From: Dipteris shenzhenensis
Taxonomy: Eukaryota
NCBI GenBank assembly: GCA_047967505.1
Contig: CM106538.1
DNA length: 64,000 nt
Strand: one strand, 5' to 3'
Position 1 is the stretch's first letter; every line of letters begins with the position of its first letter. The notes below the pieces were generated by a model, which worked only from the letters and a program-made list of their open reading frames with translations, was not told the origin of the DNA and did no database searches. Positions 35,405 through 47,356 of the stretch are shown piece after piece. Both the position numbers and the translations under genes were made by a program.

Positions 35405-38400
35405 AAGATCCCACCTCACCTCACCCCCCCGCCTCGCTCCGCTCCGCTCACCTCACCTCCCCCTCTCTTTCTCCTCCTTTTTCCCCCGCTTCCCCATTCC
35501 TCCCCCCTTCCTTTTCCTTCCCCTTCCCCACCTCAGGAGTTCGTAGTTAGTCAAGCGATATGGCGGCTACGTGCCCGGAACTGGCACATTGACAGAGCAC
35601 CAGGTCTCCTTGGTGAAGCAGGCCGCCACAGGCTTCTCCCAGACATCAGTTTATGGGAGGGTCATTGGCTACTCCCCTTCACGAGCAGACATCAGGGACT
35701 GGTTGCAGTCCACCCTCTACCTCGAGGACAGTCACATTGAGGAGGTTGCACTCATGGGACGTGGCATTTTCTAGCTTAAGCTCTCCTCAGCACAGGCTGC
35801 GAGCGACATGGTTAGGCGATCCCCTACTTCTGTGGGTGGGAAGATCATCCTCATGGTCCCTTGGTACAGGGGATTCAGTGTAGCGGACTTCGATGCCTGC
35901 TTTCGTATTCCTCGACACCCAGTTACCCTTATCTTCCCAGGTTCCGCAACCGAGCTTCGCCCGATCATCAAGGACCTGGGGGCGCACTTTGGTTGGCCTA
36001 TGCAGGACACCTACATTGATGCGGCGGCAGCCCAAGGGGTGCCACGTGTCAAAGTGGCAGTCCTTGATCCACAGAGCATCCCCTCGGAGTTCGAGATAGA
36101 GATAGACACAGGTGTGGTGACGCAGCGCATTCTGGTCACTGGTCGCCCAAACTAGTGTCTGAGATGCCACAGCTTCGAGCACCAGGCTCGCTCATGTCCT
36201 CGCTTCACGGGTACAGAACCTCAGAAGCCCCCCGTTCAGGCAGCTCAGGATACTCCGCTCCAGTCAGCGACATCCCCTCCCGAAGGGGAAGGCTGGACGG
36301 AAGTCAAACGAAAACGGAAGGGCAACAAAGCAGGCCCCAAAAACCTTCCCAGCCACAGCAAGAGCCCCCTCAGATGATCCCTACTCATCAGCAGCCCTGT
36401 AAGGGGAAGGAGAAGGGGAAGGAGGTGGTCAGCCAGCCTCCCCCTCATCCCTCATCCCGCCCTCCTCCCCCTCCCCCCTCCTCGTGGGACTACTTGGATG
36501 CAGCGGGTATTGGCTCCTTTCCCGCATGCCTAGACATCAGCATCTTCTTCCTCCGCAAGGGGACGGAGGGTAAGGTGTCCATTCTGGCTCCGCACGATGG
36601 TCCTAGCTATTCCTTCACTATCTCCAGTGAAGGGAATGAGCAATGGACGAATGAAAATGTTTGGGAGACGATACGAGACCAAACCCAGGAGCAGGTGCAA
36701 GACTGGATTGGTAGCAGAGCAGCGGAGCTTCTTCAGCAGCAGTGGCAGGAGGGTGATGTTCGTCTGCGTTGGCGCCACAGCGCCAAACGTTTTCGACTCC
36801 TGGTCATTATTAGACCACCGCTGGAGTGGGCCTACGCGGAAGGGCTTCGCCCCTGGAGGACTTCAGAGGTTGCGGGCTTCTACAGCATTTCCTTGGCAGA
36901 GGCGTCGAGCTGGTTAGAGAGAGCTTACCACCACGGGACGAAGGGCCTTTCCTTTCTGCTGAAGGTTTTAGAGGATGCGTCCGATGATCCGACCTCTCCT
37001 TCGAAACCTTCACAGAAGCGCCTTCGTCTCCACACAGGACATCCTACGACCACTTCGACTTCGACCGCAAGCAGACAGCTATTTGTGGCCCACCTTCCCT
37101 CCTCATGAGTTTACGCATTATCTCTTGGAACGTTAACGGGTTCCACTCATCAGGCACCCGTGGCCCCAGGAAGATGGTGCTCAGACAGGAGCTCCAGCCA
37201 GCTTTGGTGGGAAAGGTAGATGTGCTCCTACTACAAGAACACAAGCTTTCGGCTTCACAGACCAGTATTTGTGGGAAGGTCCTCACAGGACGCTCCCACA
37301 CCTACTGGGAACCTTCGATTGGCGAGCAGGGGAGAAGCGGGGGTGTCTGTACCTCCATCGACGCTTCTCTAGTTCAGCATGTGTTTGGTTTTGGCACTTT
37401 GATCCCAGGACGTGCGCTTTGGGTGGGCCTGCATATTGAGGGATCCCGCATTGGCATCCTCAATATCTACGCCCTGACTGATCTCAGATGTAGATCCGTT
37501 TTTTGGAGATCCTTGACAGACCTGTTGCCAGAGATGGACTCTTGGATTGTAGGAGGGGACTTCAACAACCTTGAGACCTTAGAGGATCAGCAGGGACAGG
37601 GCCCAGAGTTCCTCGGTATAGCTCAGGCAAAGCAGGCAGATTGGGACTCCTTCCTCTTTGCAGTGGGAGGTCGGGACAGTTGGAGGGAGCCTTCCTTTCG
37701 CAGATGGCCTGGGAGTCCGGACTTCTCTTGGGGTTACAGGAGGGAGGGAGGCAGACTCCTGGAGCGGCTGGACCGTTTCTATGTTAGTGATTGGGCGCTT
37801 GGCAGAGGAGGAGAGTTAGGAGTGGTTCTAGGGACGATACTTTCAGACCATGCCCCAGTCATCCTAGTCCTGGACTCGGCCTCTCAGTCCTCACCTCCAC
37901 GTTCATGCCGGATCCCAGATTCCATCTACACCAGAGCAGCGGTTCACAGCAGGATAGTGGACCTTTGGGAGCAGGAGTGGGACCCTACTAGGGATATGGC
38001 AGCACAGGTAGCTCAGGCGCTTGCTGAGTCTAGCCGCATTTGCCAGCAAGAGGCAATTCAGGTCAGACAGCGGTGTTGGGCGCGAGAGAGGGGTCTCAGA
38101 CGTGATCTCGCCTCGATTCAGAGGATGCAGCAGTCTTCTCCAGGCTCTGAGGAGCTCAGACAGCAGGAGGTTCGGGCCCGAGCCATGCTAGAGGAGATCA
38201 CCCAGCGTCGCTCAGAGTTTTCATTTCATGCTTCCAAGTCCTTCTGGGCTAGGAAAGGCGACAGGATGTGCAGAGAGTTCTTCAGGACTCATGGATAGAG
38301 GTCAGCAGGGGAACAGCTCCGTTCTCTTAGGGCGCAAGATGGTAGTGTCAGGACAGATCCAGATGAGGTCCGGGCCTTGGCGACAGATTTCTATAGATCA

Positions 38401-41400
38401 TTATTCCAGCAGGAGCCCCCAGACCCTCGTGGCCGCAGTTGCAGGGAGGAGGTGTGGAGATCTACACCGAGACTCGTGCAGCCCAGCATAAGCGACACCC
38501 TTCTCGCACCTTTCACTGTTGCGGAGATGCAGGATGCGGTGAGTGCTATTGATGGGCAGAAATGCCCAGGTGAGGATGGCCTCTCTAGAGCTTTCTTCAC
38601 CACCTTCTGGGAGCAGATCCACCGGCCCTTGCTCGCAGCCTTCCAGCACATCTTCTCCAGTGGGCAGATGCCAGAGAGCCTTGCGACAGGCCTGATTTAC
38701 CTCATCCCCAAAGGGGGGGACCGCCAGGAGATCAGACAGTGGCGCCCAATCACCCTCCTCCCGACCGCCTACAAAATCCTCGCCAAGATGATCAGCAGTC
38801 GCATCCGCCCCCTGCTACACGACTTGATTCATCACACCCAGACTGGTTTTGTCCAAGATCGCAGCATCTTGAACAACATCTTCACTTTCTCAGAGGCGAC
38901 GGAATGGGCCCAGCACAGTGGCCAGCACCTTGCCATACTCCTTCTCGACTTTGAGAAGGCGTACGACAGGGTAGACTGGTCCTTCTTGGAAGGTACACTC
39001 GCTCGGTTCGGTTTCCCGAACGAGTGGATCAGAGGTATTGCTAGCCTTTACAGATCGGCCTCCAGTCGGGTTATCATTAGCGGCAGGATGGGGGAGAGAT
39101 TCACACTCAAGCGCTCAGTGCGTTAGGGCTGTCCATTAGCGCCCTACCTCTTCCTATTTTTTGCGGAGGCCATGACACACTTCCTTCGAGCTCGTACCAC
39201 TGGTCTTCGCGGGATGCGTCTCCCTATTCGAGAGGATGCCGAGCTGCTGGACTCCGAGTATGCAGACGACACAGCCCCATATGTGCAGGATGATGTCGAG
39301 TCACTGGAGCGAGTGAGACTGTCCCTAGAGATTTTTTGCCTTGCGGCTGGGGCGAAAATCAACTGGCATAAGTCAGTTGGTTTTCTTACGGATCCGGGAG
39401 CCAACTCACAGTGGGGTATTTTCCTGGGGTTTCGTTGGATCCCTAGAGGACAGACGACACGTTACCTGGGATTCCAGGTAGGCTTGGACATCACACCGGC
39501 TCAGCAGTTCTTGCCGGTCCTAGCCTCCATACGACGGAAGCTTGCTTTCTGGAGCACGGCTCGGCTTTCCTTGGCAGACAGGGCCCTTGTGGTCAACCAG
39601 GTCCTTCTTGCCACTGCTTGGTATGTGGCCTCTTGCTGGTGTTTCTCGAGGTTTTGTGTAGCCCAGCTGAGGAGACTGGTGCGGAACTTCCTATGGTCTG
39701 GTTCAGACGGTTCCGGCACCACCAGAGCTAGGGTCGCCTGGTAGACGGTCATTCTCCCCCAGGCGGAGGGCGGCTCAGCATCATAGATCCAGAGCTGCAG
39801 AGTCAGGCACTTCTTGGCAAGCTAGTCATCCGCGGTCTGACCCCAGGAGGACAGACGTGGAAGCTCTTGCTACAGCATGGTCTCAGTGGGTGTACTCCCT
39901 AGAGAGGGGGTGTTTGGCAGCCTTCTATCCGATGGATCTTCACTTCAGCTCCTTTGACTCAGCCCCGTTCCCCCTTCCTCCGTAGCCTTATTTCCGTCTG
40001 GAGGAAGTTGCGACACAGCCTTTCCCAGGTTCCCCCTAGCTGCCGAGAGGAGACAGATAGACAGCCCTTGATCTGGAGCAGCCAGGTGACAAATGATACA
40101 GGTCGCCAGCTTGGAGAGAGATCCCATATCCCTTGGGCGCTTTGGGCGCGTGGGCTCGCGCGCTCGTTCCGGGTTTGGAGGGACGTCTACAGTCAAATGA
40201 GCCCAAGCGAGCTGGCAGCAGCAGTAGGCACGGCACGTGGGATCCAGGCTCGACGAGCGGAGATTGATGCTGCCATCCCTGCAGGTTGGAGAATCCCCAC
40301 AGGCACCGGACAGCTCTTCCCGGGAGATGAGAGGTGGCTAGGACAATTCACTCCACGAGGCATTCCTTTGGTGGTGGCAGGCCTCTTCTCGGACTCTTCG
40401 GTACACTTCTTCTCCATCACTGATGACAGTCGCCTACAGAGCAGAGAGGCCGTGATCGACCCCCAGCTTCCCTGGCAGCGCCTTCGCATTATAGGGCTGC
40501 AAGGGAAGACTTGGCATATAGACCCCCTGATTATGTAGGACCAGGATTGGAGACTCTGGATATGGGAGGGCCGTTCCTTGTCAGAGGTGGAGTGGGACCC
40601 AGGGGAGTGGCGTTGGCCACCATCGGAGACCTCAGAGAACCCTACCCCCTTCTTTTCTTACAGTGCACGCACGGGTCGGCGTGCTCTTGGGGCTCTCCAG
40701 CGTGGGCTACCCACACAGGCACATAGGTGGTATGCCCAGGGGATATCCTTGGTCTTTCTTCGCACTTTCTGGAAGACTCTTTGGGCTAGCTGGCGTCCGA
40801 GGAAGATCTCCTACTTCCTTTGGATGGTGACACACAAGGGGCTTCCAGTTGGTAGCCGGCTGAGACAGATGGGGCAGGAGGGGCATTGCCAGATGTGTTT
40901 TCAGGAGGAGTCGTCCCTGAAGCATTGCCTTTGGAGCTGCTCGCATGCGCAGACGGTTTGGAAGGGAATCATGGGGATCTTAGCTAGGGCTACACCCAAG
41001 CTAGGACCGATCACTTGGGGAGCCGTTTGTTGGTGCAGCACTGAGCCGGGACATCACTTGGCCTATGAGTTCTCTAGACAGGATCCCGTCTTTTTCATCA
41101 CGCAGGCCACTTGGGCATACATGGACAGTTTCCCATGGCATCTGACAGAGACAGATGCAGGAGCGATGCCTTGGCACCCAGTTTGGGAGATCATAGGGAG
41201 CATCACAGGCTGGCATATCTGGAATTCCAGATGCGCGCAGACTGTAGGAGCTCAGACTACTTCTACTACCCAGACCCTAGCAGATATCTGGAGCACGATC
41301 ATTCACACGCTCAAGGGTCAGTGGGATCAGATTCAGGGAGAGTCCCGGGCAGTGAAGGAAAAGAGACGACGTTTCCTTCGCGACTGGGACCACCCGGAGT

Positions 41401-41620
41401 TATTCTTCCAGCACTCCACTCGGAGTCTTCAGTGGCATTACGCCCCTCCACCGTGGCTGTTTGTCCACTCTCCAATGATTATGCCCTAAGAGGCTTGTAT
41501 TTAGCATTTTGACTTCTCGGGCTGAATCCGTTTTGTGATTACAGCCCGCTGGCCTTCAGGCCTTCTTGTACTCTCGCTTTCAAGTAATATAACTAGCACT
41601 ACTTTTTGCGCAAAAAAAAA
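35405..41620 (+). mobile_element. L1 #5 (family C), near full length, close relative of L1 #4, no TSD
   Basis: ORF1 ~35560-37108; ORF2 37105-41489 (MSLRIISWNVNG, LQEHK, GGDFN, SDH, LDFEKAYDRV, EYADDT, CQMC..SLKHCLWSC); poly(A) 41612-41620. Confidence 0.95.
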
Positions 41621-42424
41621 GATTGAGATGCATATACAGAAGCAAATTCAAACACCTCGCCTTGAATGATGCATTGAAGAATAATCCGTCTGCCTTGATT
41701 GTCATTTAAAGCAATAACTGGCTGAAGCTCATGCTTAAGCAAAATGACTACACCTGAGAAAGAGTGCTCCCCAGCATAAAAGATATCATAGCCGCAGTAA
41801 TGACCTGTCTTTCTTGCATAGACATGTTGATTGTGTTCTTGTAATGCCACTATATCAGGCTGAAATCGATTGATATACAGCCACACAGATTTCCATTTCT
41901 TACTGTCGCACATCCCCTGAACATTTAATGTAAAGCATTTGATACGAGCAAGCATATTTACAGATATTTATAGGAAAAAACAGTTATGTACAGCAGCAAC
42001 CTTCAGGATGCCAACCCTGCATTTCTACCTTAGAGTCAGGGCCTCTTCCTTGAGAAGAAACATCCGCCTGAGGAGTAGACAGCAACGCAGCAACCTCTTC
42101 TTCAGGGAAGAGGGTTCTGCTCGCTGTCACTGCAGCCCATGTGATTCCAATTCCTGAGTTGACCTTTGGAGAGTTTCCACTAGAAGATGCACCATTCCAA
42201 GTGCGAGGGGGTGGAGGTCGTCGAACAGAAATAATTTTTCTTGGACTTTGCCATCCATCAATTGGAGTTTTTGGTCCTTTTGCTGAGGGTAGAATAGCAG
42301 GAAGCGAAGGTGAAGAAGCACTCCCATTTGAAACAACTGGGGCTTTGCCTTTATCCCAATTCACGAAAAACTGTCTATTACCTTTATTTTTATTCCCAAT
42401 AGATGCAGAAGCATCCTTATTGGG

Positions 42425-43932
42425 CATCTGAGGTGTGGCATAAATATTCTCGAGCTTGTTCTGGGTTTCCTTGGCTGAAGTAGTGAGGTCAAGTGGATGA
42501 ACCAGTTTGTTAGCCAGCCTCACACCAATAAGCGCCATTGCTTTGTCATCCTGTTCATCGCTAGCTGAGAGTGGTGGTGATGTTTCTTCACCACAAGGAC
42601 AAGGCTCCATAGTGTCAATCTGAGTTAGCAAAGCTAAAGGATAACCAGCAAATGAAGAGGCTGGTCTAGGGCTCTGAAATGGATCAGTAGCTTGAGAAAT
42701 GTGTGAATAAACGTGTTAAGCTGCTGGTGGATGACCTCGAAGGTTCCAAAATGCAAACCCTAATGTAAAAGCAGCAAGAATATGCCTTGAAATGTAGAAT
42801 GAACCCGAATCAAAGAGCAGCAAGTAGATGTCCCAAAATGCAAAAATGAGCCAAGAGATGTGCACTAGTGGGCGTGGAAACCACTCCAAGTGCTGTAGCA
42901 GGTCTGAAATCCAAGTACTTGTAGGGGCACCAAATGCAATGATATATCTCGAAATTTCTGAAGCGCCTCAGCAAACCAGCTCCAAACTACACCGAGATGC
43001 TGCAGTAGACGCGTAGATGTACTAAAAATGCAACATCAGATCTAAAACTGATGTAGCATGCCTCTAGAGTATTCCGAAATGTTGCAGCAGGTCACCAATC
43101 CAAAAATCAGCTGTTCTAGATGAGCTGGAGGCTAGGAGCAGCCCCGAAAAAAGCTTCTGGTATAGGCGGTTCTACAGTAGCAGCTTCAAAACAGGTTGAA
43201 AAGCCTCCAAAAGACCATGAACTTCTGCCAACAATGATGGTAGGTGATTGGCTCTGCTGCAGCGGCCTGGAAACCCTAAAAACAGTGATGAAAGAGCTCC
43301 AAAATGATTCGTGTGCATGTGCCTCTTGAAGGAAATGCCGACCAGTAGCACGTGTGCATGCACTTGTGGAACAGGGTACTGACCAGCTGTCCGAGGGGCT
43401 AGGCACAGCTCCAAGAGCTCCCGATTGGTGGCGGCAGGCTATGGAGAAGCAAGACTGATGTAAATAGCTGCAAGAAGAGGCGAGATAAGGCGGCTGGCTG
43501 TGGAGGTAGTAAACAGGCAGAAACGGAGGCAAGGTGAGGCAGACCTGAGGCGGCTGCCAAAGGGAAGAGGCTGAGCAGAGTTAGGGTTAGGATTAGGGCA
43601 GAGATGATGTGGCAGAACGGCTATGGCAGATTGACCTGCTCTGATACCATGTTAGAAACGTGGTGAGATTGAGAGAGAGAGAGAGAGAGAGAGGCTAGGG
43701 AGAAAGGAAACGATACTCAAATGAAGACATGATAGAAAGGCTTTCATTCATTCATCAAGTATGACATGACAAGTGAAGTACAAGCCTTATATAGGCTACA
43801 CACTTGCACCAAGTGCATATGGAATAAGTCCATAGTGACACGTGGCACTCACGCGTGAACTAGTCGTAGATCGCTAGTACTACACACCAATACATCACAT
43901 CAACGCACTCTTTGGCTATGATATCTCCAACA
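42425..43932 (-). mobile_element. Second copy (E3) of the E2 Copia-type family: 5' LTR, PBS, leader and partial gag
   Basis: LTR 43650-43932 is the reverse complement of the E2 LTRs. Perfect PBS TGGTATCAGAGC at 43638-43649. Gag piece DDKAMALIG...TSAKETQNKLENIY. Confidence 0.88.
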
Positions 43933-43934
43933 TA

Positions 43935-45000
43935 CATCAAGGTGCCGAACTATGACAGCCCACTGGCTCTTATGAAATACCTGAGGCCTAGAAAGTGAAA
44001 GCCAAGCACTGAATCCCAAGTAACAGAAAGTTTGGAGGAGGGAAACAGTTATGTTATCCCAGTCCAAATGATCCTGGCTTTGTCTCCACTCCCATGACTT
44101 CACAGTAAGTAATGCCAGAAATTTTCAGATTACTGCAAGAGGTTGGAGACCTTCCCAATTACTGCAGGAGGTTGGAGGGATTGCAATGAACAACTGTATG
44201 AGTATTTCTGGAGCTGATTCCTCTAGTGCTTGGTGCTTATCAGCTGATGAGTCTATTCAGCACTGCCTTCCCTTTAAGTGGTTGTCTGTTACAATCCACT
44301 CCCACTCGCCTAGATCCCATTGAAGAAACTCTATGGGGACACCCCCAAAACGTCAAAGCCTTTAAATACCAAGATGAATATCGTTCAGATGAGGGTCTAC
44401 ATACTAGCCAAAAGCAAAATAACCTGCTCAACAAAGCCCACTACTCTGATTGGCTCTAGATGCACATCGAAAACCATATCAGAATCAGAACATCTGACCA
44501 ATGTCCCTTCAGACTGCATATTGAATGCTAAATTGTCCTCTACAAGAGACCCATGACTTGAAGAGAGACTCCTGTGCTTGAGAAAGCACCCATCCACCTG
44601 ATAGGCCTATGCTGTCCCCCATCTGTAGAAGTTCATCCCAATGTGTCACCTTTGTCCCACAAGAGACCTATGACTTGAAGAGGGACTTGTGTGCGTGAGA
44701 ATGCGCCAATCCACCTGATAGGCATCTTTAGAAGTTCACCCCAAAGGTCCGAGCAGTCCTACTACTACTACCTCTGAGGTGACTAGTCAACTGAAGTCTG
44801 AGTTATTCAAGAAGGTCCTCGAAACTTTCCAAGAGCCCAAAGAAGAAGCAGGACCTCTCTTCCACCTGGACGGGTGTGTACACCCAAAGGCACCAAGAGG
44901 TCTACCAAGCTCATCCAAAATAGAATTATTCCGCATAATTGGCTTCCATCTTGCAGAACAAGGGGAACCCTCCATAATGAATTCTTGAAGCTCCAGCAAG
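43935..45000 (-). mobile_element. Degenerate family-A L1 ORF2 fragment
   Basis: Minus-strand PIMRNNSILDELGRPLGA...RWKRGPASSLGSWK and GGVPIEFLQWDLGEWEW match L1 #1 13170-13740. Confidence 0.8.
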
Positions 45001-45415
45001 ATCTGACAACAGTAGCCGTAAGAGGTGAAGGCATTCTGAAGTCTGCAGAAGAAAAGATCTACGTAATGCTCTTCTCCAGAATATAAGTTAAGCTGACTGA
45101 TTATCACAATATATTTTGTCAGCTTTCTTTCATCAAAGTAGAGTTCAGCTTAAATACAGCCTGTTTTGGAAGACGCATCTCTAGTTGCATAGCTTTATCC
45201 CAAAAAGGTATTTTGATATAAATTCATTAGTTATTGAGTTCGTAATTAAAGATAATTATACTAAAAACAAAGAAGATACGTGTTGCTATGTTCAATTGGT
45301 TTATGGTTTCTGCAATTCTTTATAAAAGTAATCATACATTTTTTAGTTCTTGGTTTGGGCTGTAACCTTTTTTTCCTGGCTCCCCCCTGTATGATGTTGA
45401 ACTCTGTTTGTACAG

Positions 45416-45592
45416 GTTAAGTTCTTGTTTCTTGTGTCAGTAAATTTGTGCAAAAAGACTTCTCCACTTGCTCACCCCATGCCAAAGAGCCAAGTTGGGT
45501 CACCAAGCCCGAGTGTGCGCTTGCACTATCCAGATGGCCACTATTCAGTTGCTCCAGAAGTTGTGGAGGCCTCCCTGGGCCAACATATTCAG
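45416..45592 (+). CDS. MED16: MED16 internal exon (59 codons)
   Basis: TGTACAG|GTT ... CAG|GTCCCC. Encodes VKFLFLVSVNLCKKTSPLAHPMPKSQVGSPSPSVRLHYPDGHYSVAPEVVEASLGQHIQ. Confidence 0.93.
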
Positions 45593-45827
45593 GTCCCCCC
45601 TCATCTGAGATTGCTGTGTTGATGTCTGTGTGCATTTGTGTGGACGGACTTCTCTACCTGCATTCACTGTGTACTCCTGCAAGAGTACTGTGGCTGTTTT
45701 ACTTGTGTGTGGTGGTGTGTTCGTGTGTGTGTGGGGGGGGGGGGGGGGGCGGGGGGATATCTTGGGCGGATTTTGGGAATGGCCACAATCTCGATGTCAA
45801 CTGAGCTTAAATGGCTTTCTGGTTCAG

Positions 45828-46200
45828 AGCTTGCCCCGTCCACGAGGTGCAGATTCTGCTGGTTTGCTCATGAGGGAGCTTGAACTGCATCCACCTGCAG
45901 AAGATTGGGGAAAACGTAACCTTTTTGGTGGGCCTTGGGCTGGTACCCTAGAGATGCATTCACCGTCAGATGAGAGTAGAAATCTGTGTGCCTCATCTGC
46001 CCATATGTCCTCCATGATGGAAAGCCTTGCAGGAGATCCACATCCCGAATTATGGCCCAGAAAGCGTCGATATGCTGAACGGGATACAGCTTTTGGATTA
46101 AAGACTGGAGTAGGCATGGGAGGCTTTCTTGGTTTTATGGGATCCAGAAGGGATACTATAACTGCAGCATGGAAAAATGCTGCACAAGGAGTTTGGCACA

Positions 46201-46202
<2 letters not shown>
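45828..46202 (+). CDS. MED16: MED16 penultimate exon (125 codons)
   Basis: TTCAG|AGC ... AAG|GTCTCT. Encodes SLPRPRGADSAGLLMRELELHPPAEDW...LWPRKRRYAERDTAFG...MGSRRDTITAAWK...GVWHK. Confidence 0.95.
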
Positions 46203-46253
<51 letters not shown>

Positions 46254-46778
46254 TGCATGCATCATTTTGTTTACCTGTTCTTACCCACACATGCATCCTT
46301 GCCTTGTTAGGAAGCATGACTGAAATATCCCCGGCTAATGGGTCTTAGCGAAACAGCATTTTGCTTGGATCATCTGAACATTGAGCTATGTTGCAACCTG
46401 TTACTGGAGCATATGTGTGGGCATTGGCCTTGACTTGTGAAAGCCATTTATCCATTTATCTTGGCTCCATGCATGCACAGCAGTTCGTTTAATTGTTCTT
46501 ACACATGTATTCATCCTTGCCTTGTTGGGAAGCATGACTTAAATATCCATGTCTAGTGGGTCTTAGTAAACAACGTTTTGACACCCATCTACATGTTTTA
46601 GTACATGGTTCTCATTTATTGGTTTCGTGGCTCAAATAGTACACAGTGTGAGTGGCTCTCTCGCGCTCTCTCTCAAATAGCAAGCCCTTTGCTTCAGCCC
46701 ACAGCGGCTCGTATGGGTTATCTTTGTGATTGTACTTTGTCGCATAGGGCCGCAAGGCCTCCCAAAGGCGGTAATACG

Positions 46779-46825
<47 letters not shown>

Positions 46826-47117
46826 GAGTACTAACCAGTTTCCATACTGTTGCATTCTGGAAGTTCTTGTATATCTGCAGTCGCACAGTCCATCCAGAAC
46901 TAACCAGTTTCCGTACTGTTGTATTCGGGAAGTTCTTGTGTATCTACTAGCACACAACTTGTCCAGAAACAATGAAATCCCAGTTCACCTGAGATTTGTA
47001 GGCTCCACAGGCATGCATTGCACTCTCTAGTAGCCAATTCTCTCTGGTTAACAGGTTTGATTTTTTAAAGGTGACATGTTGAAATGATATTTTTCCTCCT
47101 CTTTTTGTAATGTGTAG

Positions 47118-47261
47118 TGTATCCGCTGTGGAAGGCAAACTGGATCTCTTGCAACAGCAAGCATGAACACATCCAGCAGTCCTTCTGTGGATGCATGGTG
47201 GACAGGAAGATGGACATTTGCATGTCCCATTTGTGGAGGTTCATGGATTCAGATCGTATAG
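47118..47261 (+). CDS. MED16: MED16 terminal coding exon (CxxC...CxxC motif, stop TAG)
   Basis: TGTGTAG|TGT. Encodes CIRCGRQTGSL...WWTGRWTFACPICGGSWIQIV*, matching the plant MED16 C-terminus. Not present in the ORF track. Confidence 0.93.
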   Translation, partial: CIRCGRQTGSLATASMNTSSSPSVDAWWTGRWTFACPICGGSWIQIV

Positions 47262-47356
47262 AGGTGTGCCATAATTGATCAACAGTTGACTTCCTCAGAA
47301 CCACCATCTATTTAGAATTCTCAATGTTTTGGAAATGTTTACGTTAAGTTGTGAAT

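Larger units (their letters stand above)
24631..42425 (-). mobile_element. L1 #6 (family B), 5'-truncated, internally deleted, split into three pieces (24631-~26280, 35175-~35405, 41621-~42425)
   Basis: Poly(T) at 24631-24643. Collinear minus-strand peptides MLARIKCFTLNVQG..LQEH, LEEPFT..WDGLTVEFF, MADWRPIML and KLEYWKLATWPLHVRLRI, all homologous to L1 #2. Confidence 0.88.
2651..45415 (+). other. Giant (42,765 bp) phase-0 intron of MED16 filled with nested retroelements
   Basis: GT at 2651 and AG at 45414-45415. Joining the flanking exons gives contiguous MED16 sequence GQGYTSDE|VKFLFLVSVNLCKKT. Confidence 0.9.

Noticed and set aside
41984-42631. 215-aa minus-strand ORF as a novel fusion protein
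   Set aside because: Chance in-frame junction of Copia gag with a truncated L1 ORF1 tail; no evidence of function.
45630-46310. 226-aa ORF as a standalone gene
   Set aside because: Only 45828-46202 is the MED16 exon; the flanks are intron and microsatellite.
46763-46778. CAAAGGCGGTAATACG, matching pUC-type vector sequence from memory
   Set aside because: Only 16 bp with non-vector flanks; consistent with chance, not contamination.
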